Below are positions 21,369 to 32,656 of a DNA stretch of 64,000 nt, piece after piece. Origin of the DNA: Flavobacteriaceae bacterium (GTDB lineage: Bacteria > Bacteroidota > Bacteroidia > Flavobacteriales > Flavobacteriaceae); assembly GCA_965659665.1 (NCBI GenBank), contig CBFHWU010000002.1:12336-76335 (forward strand), in the 5' to 3' direction. Under the pieces are notes generated by a model that saw only the letters and a program-made list of their open reading frames with translations, was not told the origin of the DNA and made no database searches. The translations under genes were made by a program, and so were the position numbers. Position 1 is the stretch's first letter; each line of letters starts with the position of its first letter.

Positions 21369-22841
21369 ATGACAAATTATTTTAACTCCCTATCGCTTCG
21401 TGAACAATTAGATCAATTATCAAAATGCCGTTTTATGGATGCTTCCGAGTTCTCGGAGGGGATTACGGCTTTGAAAGGAAAAAATATTGTAATTGTTGGC
21501 TGTGGAGCTCAAGGCCTCAATCAAGGGCTTAATATGCGAGATTCGGGACTTCAAATTTCATATGCTCTTCGCCAGGGAGCCATTGAGCAAAAGAGAGTTT
21601 CATTCATGAATGCTTCATCAAACGACTTTCCTGTAGGTAATTATCAGGAAATGATTCCAACAGCAGATTTGGTTATTAACCTCACCCCCGACAAAAACCA
21701 TACGCCCGTAGTAGCTCAAGTAATGCCTTTAATGAAAAAAGGAGCTACCTTATCGTATTCTCACGGATTTAATATTGTGGAAGAAGGAATGGAAGTCCGA
21801 AAGGATTTGACGGTTATTATGGTAGCACCAAAAAGTCCTGGTTCAGAAGTTAGGGAAGAATACAAACGTGGTTTTGGAGTTCCAACCCTTATTGCCGTAC
21901 ACGCTGATAACGATCCTCATGGTGTTGGTCTTGAACAAGCAAAAGCGTATTGTGTAGCTACTGGTGGACACCGTGCAGGAGTTTTAGAATCATCATTTGT
22001 GGCTGAAGTAAAGTCTGACCTTATGGGAGAACAAACCATACTTTGTGGCGTTCTTCAAACAGGTTCTATTTTGTGTTTTGATAAAATGGTAGAAAAAGGA
22101 ATTGATCCTTCTTATGCTGCTAAACTTATCCAATATGGTTGGGAAACCATCACAGAAGCTTTAAAATATGGGGGAATTACCAATATGATGGATCGATTGT
22201 CAAATCCAGCAAAATTAAAAGCGTTTCACTTATCGGAAGAATTAAAAGTAATTATGACTCCTTTGTTTGAAAAACATATGGACGATATTATGTCTGGACA
22301 TTTTTCTAAAACCATGATGGAAGATTGGGCAAACGATGATATCAACTTACTTACATGGCGTGCAGCTACAGCTGAAACAGCTTTTGAAAAAACAGTAGTT
22401 ACCGATCAAAAAATAACAGAACAAGAGTTTTTCGATCATGGAGTTTTGATGGTGGCTTATGTGCGAGCTGGAGTAGAATTAGCTTTTGACACTATGGTAG
22501 ATGCAGGAATAAAAGATGCTTCAGCCTATTACGAATCATTACATGAAACTCCTCTTATTGCCAATACCATTGCTCGAAAAAAACTGTACGAAATGAATAG
22601 AGTAATCTCCGATACTGCTGAGTATGGATGTTATTTATTTGATCATGCATGCAAGCCTATGCTTACTGATTTTATGAAGTCTATTGATATCGATGTTATC
22701 GGAACCTCATATGGTGGAACAGAAAACGGAGTAGATAACAAACAATTAATTGAAGTGAATGCTGCGATACGTAACCACCCTGTTGAGATTATTGGCACAC
22801 ATTTAAGGGCTTCAATGACAGCGATGACAAAGATCATTTAG
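21369..22841 (+). CDS. ilvC: ketol-acid reductoisomerase, long (class II, about 490 aa) form
   Basis: 490-aa ORF with [12 protein letters not shown] and a duplicated knotted C-terminal domain length. Confidence 0.92.
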   Translation: MTNYFNSLSLREQLDQLSKCRFMDASEFSEGITALKGKNIVIVGCGAQGLNQGLNMRDSGLQISYALRQGAIEQKRVSFMNASSNDFPVGNYQEMIPTADLVINLTPDKNHTPVVAQVMPLMKKGATLSYSHGFNIVEEGMEVRKDLTVIMVAPKSPGSEVREEYKRGFGVPTLIAVHADNDPHGVGLEQAKAYCVATGGHRAGVLESSFVAEVKSDLMGEQTILCGVLQTGSILCFDKMVEKGIDPSYAAKLIQYGWETITEALKYGGITNMMDRLSNPAKLKAFHLSEELKVIMTPLFEKHMDDIMSGHFSKTMMEDWANDDINLLTWRAATAETAFEKTVVTDQKITEQEFFDHGVLMVAYVRAGVELAFDTMVDAGIKDASAYYESLHETPLIANTIARKKLYEMNRVISDTAEYGCYLFDHACKPMLTDFMKSIDIDVIGTSYGGTENGVDNKQLIEVNAAIRNHPVEIIGTHLRASMTAMTKII

Positions 22842-22842
22842 T

Positions 22843-24093
22843 TTGAATTTTTTATTTGACATAAATACCGTTAAAGAAGCACAATCCCGATTAAAAGGAG
22901 TGGTACAGGACACTCCTCTGCAGCACAATGAAAGGTTGAGTAATCTTTATGATGCCACTGTTTTTTTAAAACGTGAAGACCTTCAACAAGTTCGTTCATT
23001 CAAAATTAGGGGGGCTTACAACAAAATTAGCTCGCTTTCAGATGACGAACGAAAAAAAGGGGTAGTATGTGCCAGTGCTGGGAATCACGCCCAAGGATTT
23101 GCCTACGCATGCCAATCTCTCGGTATTCATGGCACAGTATTTATGCCAGTTCCAACACCAAAACAAAAGATTGAACAAGTTAGAATGTTTGGGGACGATA
23201 TGGTTGAGGTAAGATTAGTTGGGGATACTTACGATGATGCATACGAATCAGCAGTTGAGTACAGCAAAAACAAAGGAAATATATTTGTTCACCCATTCAA
23301 CGATATCAAAGTAATAGCTGGCCAAGCCACTCTTGCATTGGAAATTCTAGAACAAGCTAAATCAACTATTGACTATTTATTTATTCCAATAGGAGGAGGT
23401 GGATTGGTTTCTGGAATTATTCATGTGTTTAAACGCCTATCTCCAACAACCAAAATAATAGGAATAGAACCTGCTGGAGCACCCGCCATGAAGACTTCGC
23501 TAGATAGAGGTAAATTGGTTACTCTTGACTGGATAGACCCTTTTGTGGATGGTGCAGCTGTACGCAGAGTAGGAAGTATTACTTTCGATTTGTGCAAAGC
23601 GTATTTGGACGACTTGATCCTAATTCGAGAAGGAGCAATTTGTCAAGGTATTTTAGATATGTACAACAAGGATGCGATTGTAGTTGAGCCCGCAGGTGCT
23701 ATGGCCACAGCGGCATTAAAGCTTTATGCAGATCAAATAAAAGGAAAACAGGTGGTAAGTCTTGTTTGTGGTGGAAATAACGACATCACTCGAATGGCTG
23801 AAATTAAAGAAAAAGCATTGTTAGAAGCAAGTTTAAAACATTATTTCATTATTCGCTTTCCTCAACGTGCAGGTGCATTGAAAGAGTTTGTTGTTCAAAT
23901 TTTGGGTCCCGAAGACGATATTACCTATTTTGAGTATTCCAAAAAACACAACCGCTCTAACGGACCAGCAGTAGTAGGTATTGAGCTTAAAAACAAAGAA
24001 AGTTTTCATCCTCTTGTGAAAAGAATGAAAAAAGGAGGTTTTTTTGGTGATTATTTAAATAATAAGCCTGATTTATTTCAGTTTTTAATTTAA
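22843..24093 (+). CDS. ilvA: threonine ammonia-lyase (biosynthetic type with C-terminal regulatory domain)
   Basis: 416-aa ORF with the PLP-lysine motif SFKIRGA and GGGGL. It has an apparent TTG start 1 nt after the ilvC stop. Confidence 0.88.
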   Translation: MNFLFDINTVKEAQSRLKGVVQDTPLQHNERLSNLYDATVFLKREDLQQVRSFKIRGAYNKISSLSDDERKKGVVCASAGNHAQGFAYACQSLGIHGTVFMPVPTPKQKIEQVRMFGDDMVEVRLVGDTYDDAYESAVEYSKNKGNIFVHPFNDIKVIAGQATLALEILEQAKSTIDYLFIPIGGGGLVSGIIHVFKRLSPTTKIIGIEPAGAPAMKTSLDRGKLVTLDWIDPFVDGAAVRRVGSITFDLCKAYLDDLILIREGAICQGILDMYNKDAIVVEPAGAMATAALKLYADQIKGKQVVSLVCGGNNDITRMAEIKEKALLEASLKHYFIIRFPQRAGALKEFVVQILGPEDDITYFEYSKKHNRSNGPAVVGIELKNKESFHPLVKRMKKGGFFGDYLNNKPDLFQFLI

Positions 24094-24105
24094 ATTGCAA
24101 AAATT

Positions 24106-25704
24106 ATGACAAACAAAAATAACACTATTCCAGATCAGTTTCAGATAAAGGAAACTATTGATCACAAAACATTTTTAATCAATGGACAAATTGGTTTTTG
24201 GGATGGAGATTCATCCCCAGTTTATTCAACGATACAAACAGAAGATTTAGAGGGTAATTATGGGCCCACTCACTTGGGTAATGTTCCCAATATGAATGAG
24301 CGTAAAGCATTAGAAGCTCTTGACGCGGCTTGTAATGCCTTTGACAAAGGAAAAGGGGTTTGGCCCACGATGAAAGTTTCTGAACGCATCAGCTGCATGG
24401 AGCGTTTTGTGGAATTAATGAAGCTCAAACGCGAGTCAGTTGTAAAGCTTTTAATGTGGGAAATTGGAAAAAACCTCAACGACTCACAAAAAGAATTTGA
24501 TCGAACAGTTGACTATATTGTGGATACTATCGATGAATACAAAAACATAGATCGTGACAGTGCAAAATTTCACAACCATGGAGGTGTTTACGCGCACATA
24601 CGAAGAGGTCCTTTAGGGGTTGTGCTTTGTTTGGGTCCTTACAATTATCCCCTTAATGAGACTTTCGCCCTTTTGATCCCTGCGATTATGATGGGGAATA
24701 CCACTATTTTTAAACCTGCTAAACACGGTGTGCTCCTTATAGCTCCATTGTTAGATGCTTTTGCAGAAAGTTTTCCTGAAGGTGTTGTCAATATTGTATT
24801 TGGGCGTGGTCGATCCATCGCATCACCCATAATGAAAACAGGCCTTATTGATGTATTAGCCTTGATTGGTCATAGCTCCTCTGCGATATCATTACAAGAT
24901 TTACACCCCAATAAAAATAGATTACGCCTTGTTCTTGGACTAGAAGCAAAAAATCCTGGTATTATTTTACCTGATGCAGATCTTGACAAAACAGTAGCAG
25001 AATGTATTTCAGGTACATTGTCATTTAATGGTCAACGATGTACAGCTTTAAAAATTCTTTATGTTCATGAGGATATAAAAGAATCTTTCTTTGAAAAATT
25101 CACTGCTGCAGTGGATGCGCTTCAACTGGGAATGCCCTGGGACAATACACTTTTAACTCCACTACCGGAGCCGAGTAAACCGAGTTATATCCAGGAACTT
25201 ATCCAAGATGCTCAACAAAAAGGGGCTTCTGTGTTGAATAAAAGAGGAGGTGAACTTTCTGATAATTATTGTTTTCCAGCTGTTTTATATCCCGTCACTA
25301 AAGAAATGCGAGTATACGAAGAAGAACAGTTTGGACCTGTTATTCCTATCATTTCATTTGATGATATTGATCAACCTCTTGATGATATGTCAGCCTCTGT
25401 TTATGGACAACAAGTGAGCTTATTTGGGAAAGATATTAACAAGCTCGCCCCATTAATCGACACATTAGCCAATTTGGTATGTAGAGTAAACCTTAATAGC
25501 TCTTGTCAACGAGGGCCAGATATTTATCCTTTTACTGGTCGAAAAAATTCTGCGGTAAGCACGCTAAGTGTTCACGATGCGTTACGATCGTTCTCCATTC
25601 GAACATTCGTTGCTACTAAGGACACAAATGAGAATAAAGAAATCATACGAAATTTGTTAGATAGCAAATCATCTAACTTCCTCAGCACGGATTATATCTT
25701 GTAA
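24106..25704 (+). CDS. NADP-dependent non-phosphorylating aldehyde dehydrogenase (GapN-like)
   Basis: 532-aa ORF with ALDH motifs LGLEAKNPG and [10 protein letters not shown]. It lies 12 nt downstream of ilvA on the same strand. Confidence 0.75.
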   Translation: MTNKNNTIPDQFQIKETIDHKTFLINGQIGFWDGDSSPVYSTIQTEDLEGNYGPTHLGNVPNMNERKALEALDAACNAFDKGKGVWPTMKVSERISCMERFVELMKLKRESVVKLLMWEIGKNLNDSQKEFDRTVDYIVDTIDEYKNIDRDSAKFHNHGGVYAHIRRGPLGVVLCLGPYNYPLNETFALLIPAIMMGNTTIFKPAKHGVLLIAPLLDAFAESFPEGVVNIVFGRGRSIASPIMKTGLIDVLALIGHSSSAISLQDLHPNKNRLRLVLGLEAKNPGIILPDADLDKTVAECISGTLSFNGQRCTALKILYVHEDIKESFFEKFTAAVDALQLGMPWDNTLLTPLPEPSKPSYIQELIQDAQQKGASVLNKRGGELSDNYCFPAVLYPVTKEMRVYEEEQFGPVIPIISFDDIDQPLDDMSASVYGQQVSLFGKDINKLAPLIDTLANLVCRVNLNSSCQRGPDIYPFTGRKNSAVSTLSVHDALRSFSIRTFVATKDTNENKEIIRNLLDSKSSNFLSTDYIL

Positions 25705-25714
25705 AGTTGAAAAA

Positions 25715-26833
25715 TTAATCATTGAGCATCACGGGCATCACTAACATGGTGATTTGCTCGTGTTCCTCATTGCTATGTAATGGGGTGAGGATACCTGCCC
25801 TATTTGGAACAGACAATTCCAATTGGACTTCTTCAGATTTTAAATTGTTGAGCATTTCAACCAAGAAACGTGCATTAAAACCGATTTGCATATCTTCTCC
25901 TTGATATGAACATCCTAATCGTTCTTCGGCTTTGTTGCTGTAGTCAATATCCTCAGCTGAAATGTGTAATTCAGCACCAGCTAACCTCAATCGAATTTGA
26001 TGTGTCGTTTTGTTTGAAAATATACTCACACGCTTTACCGAATTTAAAAATAAATGTCGGTTGATGGTCATCACATTAGGATTTTCTTTTGGAATAACGG
26101 CTTCATAATTAGGATATTTCCCATCAATTAATCGACACACTAAGGTAGTTTCTTCAAAAGAAAATCGAACATTACTCTCGTTATATTCAATTTTTACCTC
26201 AGACTCGCTTCCCATTAAAATAGACTTTAAAATAGTTAAAGGTTTTTTAGGCATAATAAACTCTGCAGAGGATGAAGATTGAAAATCTGTTCTTTTATAT
26301 TTAACAAGTTTGTGCGCATCTGTTGCCACAAAAGTCATTTCATTGGAATTCAATTGAAAGAATACACCACTCATTATAGGGCGTAAATCATCATTTCCAG
26401 AAGCAAAAAGTGTGTTGGTTATTGCAGTTGATAAAATATCTCCAATAATTGAAGTAGAAGAAGCATCAGATACTGTAGCAGGTTTTGGATATTCTTCTGA
26501 AGCGGCATATGCAAGTGCATATTTACCATGATTTGAACTTATTTCAATGGTACTACTATCTGTTGAAGAAAATGTAAGAGGTTGTTCGGGAAAGGTTTTT
26601 AATGTTTCTAGAAGTAATCTAGCGGGCACAGCAATACTTTCTTCTTCATTTGACTCTACATCTATATTTGAAATTAAAGTGGTTTCAAGATCTGTAGCGG
26701 TAACTCGCAGGACATTAGGCGATAACTCAAACAAGAAATGATCCAGAATTGGAAGCGTATTGGTTGTGTTCAAGACACCACTTAACATTTGGAGTTGCTT
26801 AAACAAAGTAGAACTTGAAACGATGAACTTCAT
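25715..26833 (-). CDS. dnaN: DNA polymerase III beta sliding clamp
   Basis: 372-aa ORF with the typical MKF..S...L N-terminus and three-domain length. Confidence 0.9.
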   Translation of the reverse strand: MKFIVSSSTLFKQLQMLSGVLNTTNTLPILDHFLFELSPNVLRVTATDLETTLISNIDVESNEEESIAVPARLLLETLKTFPEQPLTFSSTDSSTIEISSNHGKYALAYAASEEYPKPATVSDASSTSIIGDILSTAITNTLFASGNDDLRPIMSGVFFQLNSNEMTFVATDAHKLVKYKRTDFQSSSSAEFIMPKKPLTILKSILMGSESEVKIEYNESNVRFSFEETTLVCRLIDGKYPNYEAVIPKENPNVMTINRHLFLNSVKRVSIFSNKTTHQIRLRLAGAELHISAEDIDYSNKAEERLGCSYQGEDMQIGFNARFLVEMLNNLKSEEVQLELSVPNRAGILTPLHSNEEHEQITMLVMPVMLND

Positions 26834-26905
26834 GATTTAGAAATTAGGATATCTACAAATATATCAGATACCTAGGGGATAATAAAAAATATTTATCAAC
26901 AGTTT

Positions 26906-27739
26906 TTAATAAAACCGAATTGATATAATATCTAAATATTTGAGTCCTAATAAACTGCTAGCTCCTCCAGTTTCAAAAGGATTACTTTTGTAAATTGCAA
27001 TTTCTAAAAAACCCAATGAATTAAAAATAGCCAATTGTTTTCCATCTTCAATTCGATCTATTTTGGGTACATCAAATCGTATAGCTTCGTGGTAAGAATG
27101 AACTATTTTTTTGAAAACATGATTCCGAGCTCGTATTTCAAAAGAACGATTGCGTTGAATTTCTTTAAAAATTTTTTCTTTGATGTTGGTAACAACATTT
27201 TCATAACGGTCTATGTAAATCACATTTCCATTGATGCTATTTTTAGCCGGATTAACTGTTGGAGTGAAGGTGATTTGTTGTTTGATGAATTGTAAAGGAC
27301 TTCCAATGATTTCAAGTTTACCTCCACGAGCTAAGTGAGCAGCAGCTTTAGCAAAAGTCATTAAACCGTTCAGGGTATTTTGTTTTGTATTTGGGATATG
27401 AAGAGCAACCATTTTATCCGCTTTAATGGAGGGATTAACTAGTGATAACAAGCCGTTGTTAGCACAGATAAAATAGTGACCATCAAGAAAAACGACAATG
27501 GGTTTGTTATCGGGTCTAATTTCAGTTTCAATAGCGACGATATGAATACTTCCTTTGGGAAAAGAATGATAGGCCTTTTGAAGTATGTACGCGCCCTGAG
27601 CGATATGAAATGGGGGGATTTGATGGGAGATATCAACAATAGAGGGATGATTCAACTCCGAATAAAGTGTTCCTTTAAGTTGAGCAATCTCCGCATCTTT
27701 ATAGCCTAAGTCGGAGGTTAACGTTATGATGGGCATCAA
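26906..27739 (-). CDS. SAM hydrolase / SAM hydroxide adenosyltransferase family protein (DUF62)
   Basis: 277-aa ORF whose N-terminus IITLTSDLGYKD is typical of the family. Confidence 0.7.
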   Translation of the reverse strand: MMPIITLTSDLGYKDAEIAQLKGTLYSELNHPSIVDISHQIPPFHIAQGAYILQKAYHSFPKGSIHIVAIETEIRPDNKPIVVFLDGHYFICANNGLLSLVNPSIKADKMVALHIPNTKQNTLNGLMTFAKAAAHLARGGKLEIIGSPLQFIKQQITFTPTVNPAKNSINGNVIYIDRYENVVTNIKEKIFKEIQRNRSFEIRARNHVFKKIVHSYHEAIRFDVPKIDRIEDGKQLAIFNSLGFLEIAIYKSNPFETGGASSLLGLKYLDIISIRFY

Positions 27740-27834
27740 TTTGATAGCTATAATTTAAATTTTGAGATAAAAAATTTCATAAATTTGAATTCAAAGTTAC
27801 CAAAAACAAATTCTTTAACTAAAAAAAACACAAT

Positions 27835-28791
27835 TTGAACGAACTTACAATTGAACTTGCAGAAGTTGACCCAAGCGAGTTTTATGGGGGTAAAGCAAAT
27901 GCCAACATTACATTATTAAAACAACATTTTCCAAAACTTAAAATTGTTGCTCGAGGAAATAAAATTAAAGCCTTTGGAGAAGAAGAAGTTTTAGAAGAAT
28001 TTGAAAAACAATTAGACCGTCTTGTTTCGCACTACGGAAAATACAATTCCTTAGATGTATCAATTGTCGAACACATACTTCAAACTGATGAGGAAGACAA
28101 TTTTGGTCTTGAGCCTGACGACAAAAAAGTTATTTTGCACGGAGTTGGAGGGAAAATTATAAAAGCTCAAACTTTAAATCAATTCCGACTAGTGGAGGCC
28201 ACCCAAAAAAATGATATGGTTTTTGCGGTGGGCCCTGCTGGAACAGGAAAAACCTATACTGGTGTTGCTGTTGCAGTCAAAGCATTGAAATCAAAAGAAG
28301 TGAAACGCATTATTTTAACTCGTCCTGCAGTTGAGGCAGGCGAAAATTTAGGGTTTTTACCTGGAGATCTAAAAGAAAAATTGGATCCTTATATGCAACC
28401 CTTATATGACTCATTACGTGATATGATTCCTGCCGAAAAGCTTTCTCACTATATCGAAACAGGCGTGATTCAGATAGCTCCCATGGCCTTTATGCGAGGT
28501 CGAACTTTAGACAACGCTTTTGTAATTTTAGATGAAGCCCAAAACACCACTCATAACCAAATGAAGATGTTCCTAACTAGAATGGGAAAAAGTGCCAAAT
28601 TTATGATTACTGGTGATCCGGGTCAAATAGATTTACCAAGAAGAGTGATTTCCGGACTCAAAGAGGCCATTCTTGTTTTGGGAAATATTCCAGGAATAGA
28701 AGTAGTATATTTGGATGACAAGGATGTCATACGACACAAACTTGTTAAAAAAGTAATACAAGCTTACAAACGAACAGAACACCACAATTAG
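27835..28791 (+). CDS. phoH: PhoH-like ATPase
   Basis: 318-aa ORF with Walker A GPAGTGKT, ILDEAQN and GDPGQIDL. The apparent start is TTG. Confidence 0.88.
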   Translation: MNELTIELAEVDPSEFYGGKANANITLLKQHFPKLKIVARGNKIKAFGEEEVLEEFEKQLDRLVSHYGKYNSLDVSIVEHILQTDEEDNFGLEPDDKKVILHGVGGKIIKAQTLNQFRLVEATQKNDMVFAVGPAGTGKTYTGVAVAVKALKSKEVKRIILTRPAVEAGENLGFLPGDLKEKLDPYMQPLYDSLRDMIPAEKLSHYIETGVIQIAPMAFMRGRTLDNAFVILDEAQNTTHNQMKMFLTRMGKSAKFMITGDPGQIDLPRRVISGLKEAILVLGNIPGIEVVYLDDKDVIRHKLVKKVIQAYKRTEHHN

Positions 28792-28797
28792 CTTCGA

Positions 28798-29742
28798 ATG
28801 AACACCTTAATGCACACGGATCTTCCTTTCCATGGGTTGATTTCAAAATATAACGGCAAAGTCAGAGAGGTGTATACCTTAGAAGATGATATATTGATCA
28901 TGATTGCTACCGATAGGCTTTCTGCATTTGATGTTGTATTGCCCAAGGGCATTCCCTATAAGGGTCAAATATTGAATCAAATAGCCACTCAAATGATGGA
29001 TCTTACACAAGATATTGTGCCTAATTGGCTGATTGACACTCCTGATCCTAATGTTGCTGTAGGAAAACGCTGTACTCCTTTTAAGGTTGAAATGGTGATT
29101 AGAGGCTACTTATCTGGACATGCTGCTCGCGAATACAAAAAAGGAAAACGTCAACTTTGTGGGGAACACATGCCCAATGGAATGATAGAAAATGATAAAT
29201 TTCCACAACCCATCATTACCCCTGCCACAAAAGCGGACCAAGGAGACCATGACCAAGATATTTCGGAAGAAGAACTTTTAGAACAAAAAATAGTAACCGA
29301 AACGGACTATGCCCAACTCAAAGCATACACCTCCGCATTATTTCATAGGGGAAGTGAATGGGCCGCACAACAAGGGCTGATTTTAGTGGATACCAAATAC
29401 GAGTTTGGAAAAACAACAGAAGGAACCATTGTACTTATTGACGAAATACACACTCCTGACTCTTCACGATACTTTTATGCTGAAGGATATCAACAACGTC
29501 AAAATAGAGCTGAAATACAAAAACAATTGTCTAAAGAGTTTGTTCGGCAATGGTTGATTCAGCGAGGTTTTCAAGGAAAAGAAGGGCAACAACTACCCAC
29601 AATGAACAATACATTCATTAAAATTGTCTCAGATCGTTATATCGAACTTTATGAAAATATTACTGGATCTCAATTTATTAAAGCAGATAATAACAATATT
29701 GAACAACGTATCCAAACCAACCTAAAAAAATATCTAGCGTAA
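28798..29742 (+). CDS. purC: phosphoribosylaminoimidazole-succinocarboxamide synthase (long form)
   Basis: 314-aa ORF with a SAICAR synthetase pattern ([24 protein letters not shown]). Confidence 0.9.
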   Translation: MNTLMHTDLPFHGLISKYNGKVREVYTLEDDILIMIATDRLSAFDVVLPKGIPYKGQILNQIATQMMDLTQDIVPNWLIDTPDPNVAVGKRCTPFKVEMVIRGYLSGHAAREYKKGKRQLCGEHMPNGMIENDKFPQPIITPATKADQGDHDQDISEEELLEQKIVTETDYAQLKAYTSALFHRGSEWAAQQGLILVDTKYEFGKTTEGTIVLIDEIHTPDSSRYFYAEGYQQRQNRAEIQKQLSKEFVRQWLIQRGFQGKEGQQLPTMNNTFIKIVSDRYIELYENITGSQFIKADNNNIEQRIQTNLKKYLA

Positions 29743-30915
29743 GCTCATAATCCAGTCAATGCTACCGGAAATGTAAGGGATAAAACTATTGAAGTGATTA
29801 GCACCATTGATTGGAAATAGACTTACATTCCCTCCTCGTCCAGTTAAAGATTCGTAAGCCGTAATTGAATTACTAGGAAATACAAAATCATCATTTGTAC
29901 CATAGTATAATCTTACAGGTGCTCTTGGACTCCAATCTATCAAATCATTATCGGCTAACGCATTACTCAAAGGGCCATCTCCTTGGTTAAGGGTTTCTAA
30001 AAAACTTGGCGTAAACAGTTCTTGTGGATTGTTATTAATCAGGTTAGCATCTAACGTTATAATATTTGTTTCATTAATATTTGACGCATAAGGTTCATTT
30101 ATATAGTAGGACAAAGGCTGATTGATGTTGTATATCCAATTATAAGAGTAAATTACCCATAAATAGTTGGGTATAAATGAAGATGCTATATCAAGTTCAC
30201 TGATTTGTTGTGCAAACAAGGTTTTGTTATACGATCCATTTCCTGATGTGGTAGCTGTTATACTGGTCTCAGTTTGTGTTTCAATATATTTATGCAATGC
30301 CAATGTCGCAGTTCCTCCCTCGGAATATCCCATGAGAAATAATTTTTCGTTATCATTTTGTTTTTTATTGTTTAAAAAAACCTTTGTAGCAACAAGCATA
30401 TCATAAGAGGCATAAGCGAGGCTGTTAGCATGTTCATATGGATGATCATAATGCGCATTACTTCCATAACCTAAATAATCCGGAATGGATAAAATAAACC
30501 CTAAGGAAGCTAGAGAAGCTCCTGCGAGTGCACTTTCAGAATTTAAGTTATAATTGGATGGGGCATCATTTGGATTGCTTATTGTTCCATGTTGATATGA
30601 AATTACAGCGTAATCACCAGCATTGGAGGGCATAATCACTAACCCTGAAGCAACAACGTCTTCACTTTGGTTTGGGTATTGGGTTTTATAAGTTAATTTA
30701 TAAACCTCTACATTCATTATAGGGTACTGAATGTTTTGAGTGACTGAGTTGATGATTAAGGCGGTTTGTAAACTTGTTAAACTACCCAAAAATTCACTAG
30801 ATAGTAAAATGTCTTCATTTAAATCACTGGGGATGACATCATCGTCATCACTTGAACATGAAAGAATAAAAAAGGAAATAAAAAAGAAGAGATAAAAAAT
30901 AAAGTATCGTTTCAT
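29734..30915 (-). CDS. lipoprotein, alpha/beta-hydrolase fold (lipase/esterase-like)
   Basis: 393-aa ORF with a lipobox-type signal ([12 protein letters not shown]) and the nucleophile elbow GYSEGG. Confidence 0.65.
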   Translation of the reverse strand: MKRYFIFYLFFFISFFILSCSSDDDDVIPSDLNEDILLSSEFLGSLTSLQTALIINSVTQNIQYPIMNVEVYKLTYKTQYPNQSEDVVASGLVIMPSNAGDYAVISYQHGTISNPNDAPSNYNLNSESALAGASLASLGFILSIPDYLGYGSNAHYDHPYEHANSLAYASYDMLVATKVFLNNKKQNDNEKLFLMGYSEGGTATLALHKYIETQTETSITATTSGNGSYNKTLFAQQISELDIASSFIPNYLWVIYSYNWIYNINQPLSYYINEPYASNINETNIITLDANLINNNPQELFTPSFLETLNQGDGPLSNALADNDLIDWSPRAPVRLYYGTNDDFVFPSNSITAYESLTGRGGNVSLFPINGANHFNSFIPYISGSIDWIMSLR

Positions 30916-30938
30916 TTGGGTTTTTTAGGTATTTAAAT

Positions 30939-31826
30939 TTACAAAATTAATTTTAAGGGATCACTATCATGAGGAACAAACTTAAGAGAAGCATCTCTTT
31001 TGAGCCATGAGAGTTGTCTTTTGGCAAATCTTCGTGTATTTTGTTTCATGTTTTGTACTGCCTCTTCAAGCGTCGATAATCCATCAAAATACGTGAATAA
31101 TTCTTTGTAGCCTACAGTTTGTAAGGCATTTAACATTCGGTGAGGGTATAGATATTCAGCTTCTTGGACAAGTCCCATTTCAATCATTTGATCGACCCGA
31201 TGGTTGATTCGAGCGTAAATTAATTTTCTGTCAGCGATCAAAGCGTAAGATTGAATTTCGAAAGGTCTTTTTTTGGGTTTATTGTTTAAATAATACGAAT
31301 AAGGAAAATTACCAGAATAACATACTTCTAGAGCTCTCATAAGCCGCACATGATTATTCAAATCTACTTGACGATAATAAACAGGATCAATTTTATTTAA
31401 TTCAAGTTGTAAAAAATTCAATCCTTTTTTTTCGTAATCAGAACGTACTTTTAGTTGTATGTCATTTGGAATCTCAGGAAAGTCATCCAATCCAAAACGA
31501 ACAGCATCGTTATAGAGCCCAGACCCCCCCACCAATATGGCATATTGATGGTTTTTGAAGTATGTATTTAATCTCAAAAGAATATCTTTTTCGTATTGAC
31601 CCACTGAATAATTTTCAAAAATACTTCGGTGTTGTATAAAGTGATGCTTTACCGCGCTGAGATCCTTTTTAGAGGGAACAGCGGTACCAATGGACATTTC
31701 TTTATAAAATTGTCGCGAATCAGCAGAAAATATTTCTGCTTTTAGGTATTTAGCGAGGTGTATTGAAAAGGAAGTTTTTCCTATTGCAGTTGGTCCCGAT
31801 ATAATAATAAGTTTATTAGATGTCAT
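30939..31826 (-). CDS. miaA: tRNA dimethylallyltransferase
   Basis: 295-aa ORF with the P-loop GPTAIGKT and an IPPT-family pattern. Confidence 0.9.
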   Translation of the reverse strand: MTSNKLIIISGPTAIGKTSFSIHLAKYLKAEIFSADSRQFYKEMSIGTAVPSKKDLSAVKHHFIQHRSIFENYSVGQYEKDILLRLNTYFKNHQYAILVGGSGLYNDAVRFGLDDFPEIPNDIQLKVRSDYEKKGLNFLQLELNKIDPVYYRQVDLNNHVRLMRALEVCYSGNFPYSYYLNNKPKKRPFEIQSYALIADRKLIYARINHRVDQMIEMGLVQEAEYLYPHRMLNALQTVGYKELFTYFDGLSTLEEAVQNMKQNTRRFAKRQLSWLKRDASLKFVPHDSDPLKLIL

Positions 31827-32640
31827 TTAATACCTTTCCACAACGATGACAATGGATAGCATGATCCATATGGTTTTCATTCATACAATTCGGACAGGCT
31901 TGCGTATTGGTCTTTTTATTTTGGAAAGACCGGGCCAGTTCAGCGGTAACGATTCCTGTAGGAACAGCGATAATCCCATAACCTAAAATCATAATGAAAG
32001 CTGCAATAAACTGACCGATAGCAGTAATAGGAGCAATGTCACCATAGCCCACCGTTGTTAGTGTAACAATACACCAATAAACACTTCTGGGAATGCTCGT
32101 AAACCCTGATTTTGACCCCTCAACAAGATACATTATTGATCCAAAAATGATACAAATGATAAGAACAGTTGATATAAAAACCAGAATTTTAGGTCTACTT
32201 CTTCGAAGTGCAATCATAAGAATATTTGCCTCATGAGTGTAACGGGTGAGCTTCAGGATTCGAAAAACTCTGAGAAGGCGTAAGGCTCGAATAGCCACTA
32301 AGCTTTGGGTTCCAAAGGCAAATAAAGAAATATATTTGGGTAAAATGGCCAACAAATCAATAATCCCAAAAAAACTTTTGATATAAATGATGGGTTTTTT
32401 TACAGCGAGTATTCTTAAAAAATATTCTAAACTAAAGAGAATGGTGATGATCCATTCTATAATATCTAAATAGGGATGATATTTTTGATCTATGCTGGGA
32501 ACACTTTCAAGCATTACCATTAATACACTCATGATGATTAGAAGCAATAGAGCAACATCAAACCATTTGCCTAGTTTGGTATCTGCTTCATAAATCACCT
32601 CGTGAAGCTTATGTCGCCATTTCTTTTTTGTAAAAGACAT
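31816..32640 (-). CDS. voltage-sensor-type K+ channel with C-terminal CxxC...CxxC zinc-ribbon tail
   Basis: 274-aa ORF with an S4-like segment RALRLLRVFRILKLTRY, the selectivity filter TTVGYGD, and the tail CPNC...CHRC. Its 3' end overlaps the miaA start by 11 nt. Confidence 0.82.
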   Translation of the reverse strand: MSFTKKKWRHKLHEVIYEADTKLGKWFDVALLLLIIMSVLMVMLESVPSIDQKYHPYLDIIEWIITILFSLEYFLRILAVKKPIIYIKSFFGIIDLLAILPKYISLFAFGTQSLVAIRALRLLRVFRILKLTRYTHEANILMIALRRSRPKILVFISTVLIICIIFGSIMYLVEGSKSGFTSIPRSVYWCIVTLTTVGYGDIAPITAIGQFIAAFIMILGYGIIAVPTGIVTAELARSFQNKKTNTQACPNCMNENHMDHAIHCHRCGKVLNDI

Positions 32641-32656
32641 GATCTAAAGTTACAAA

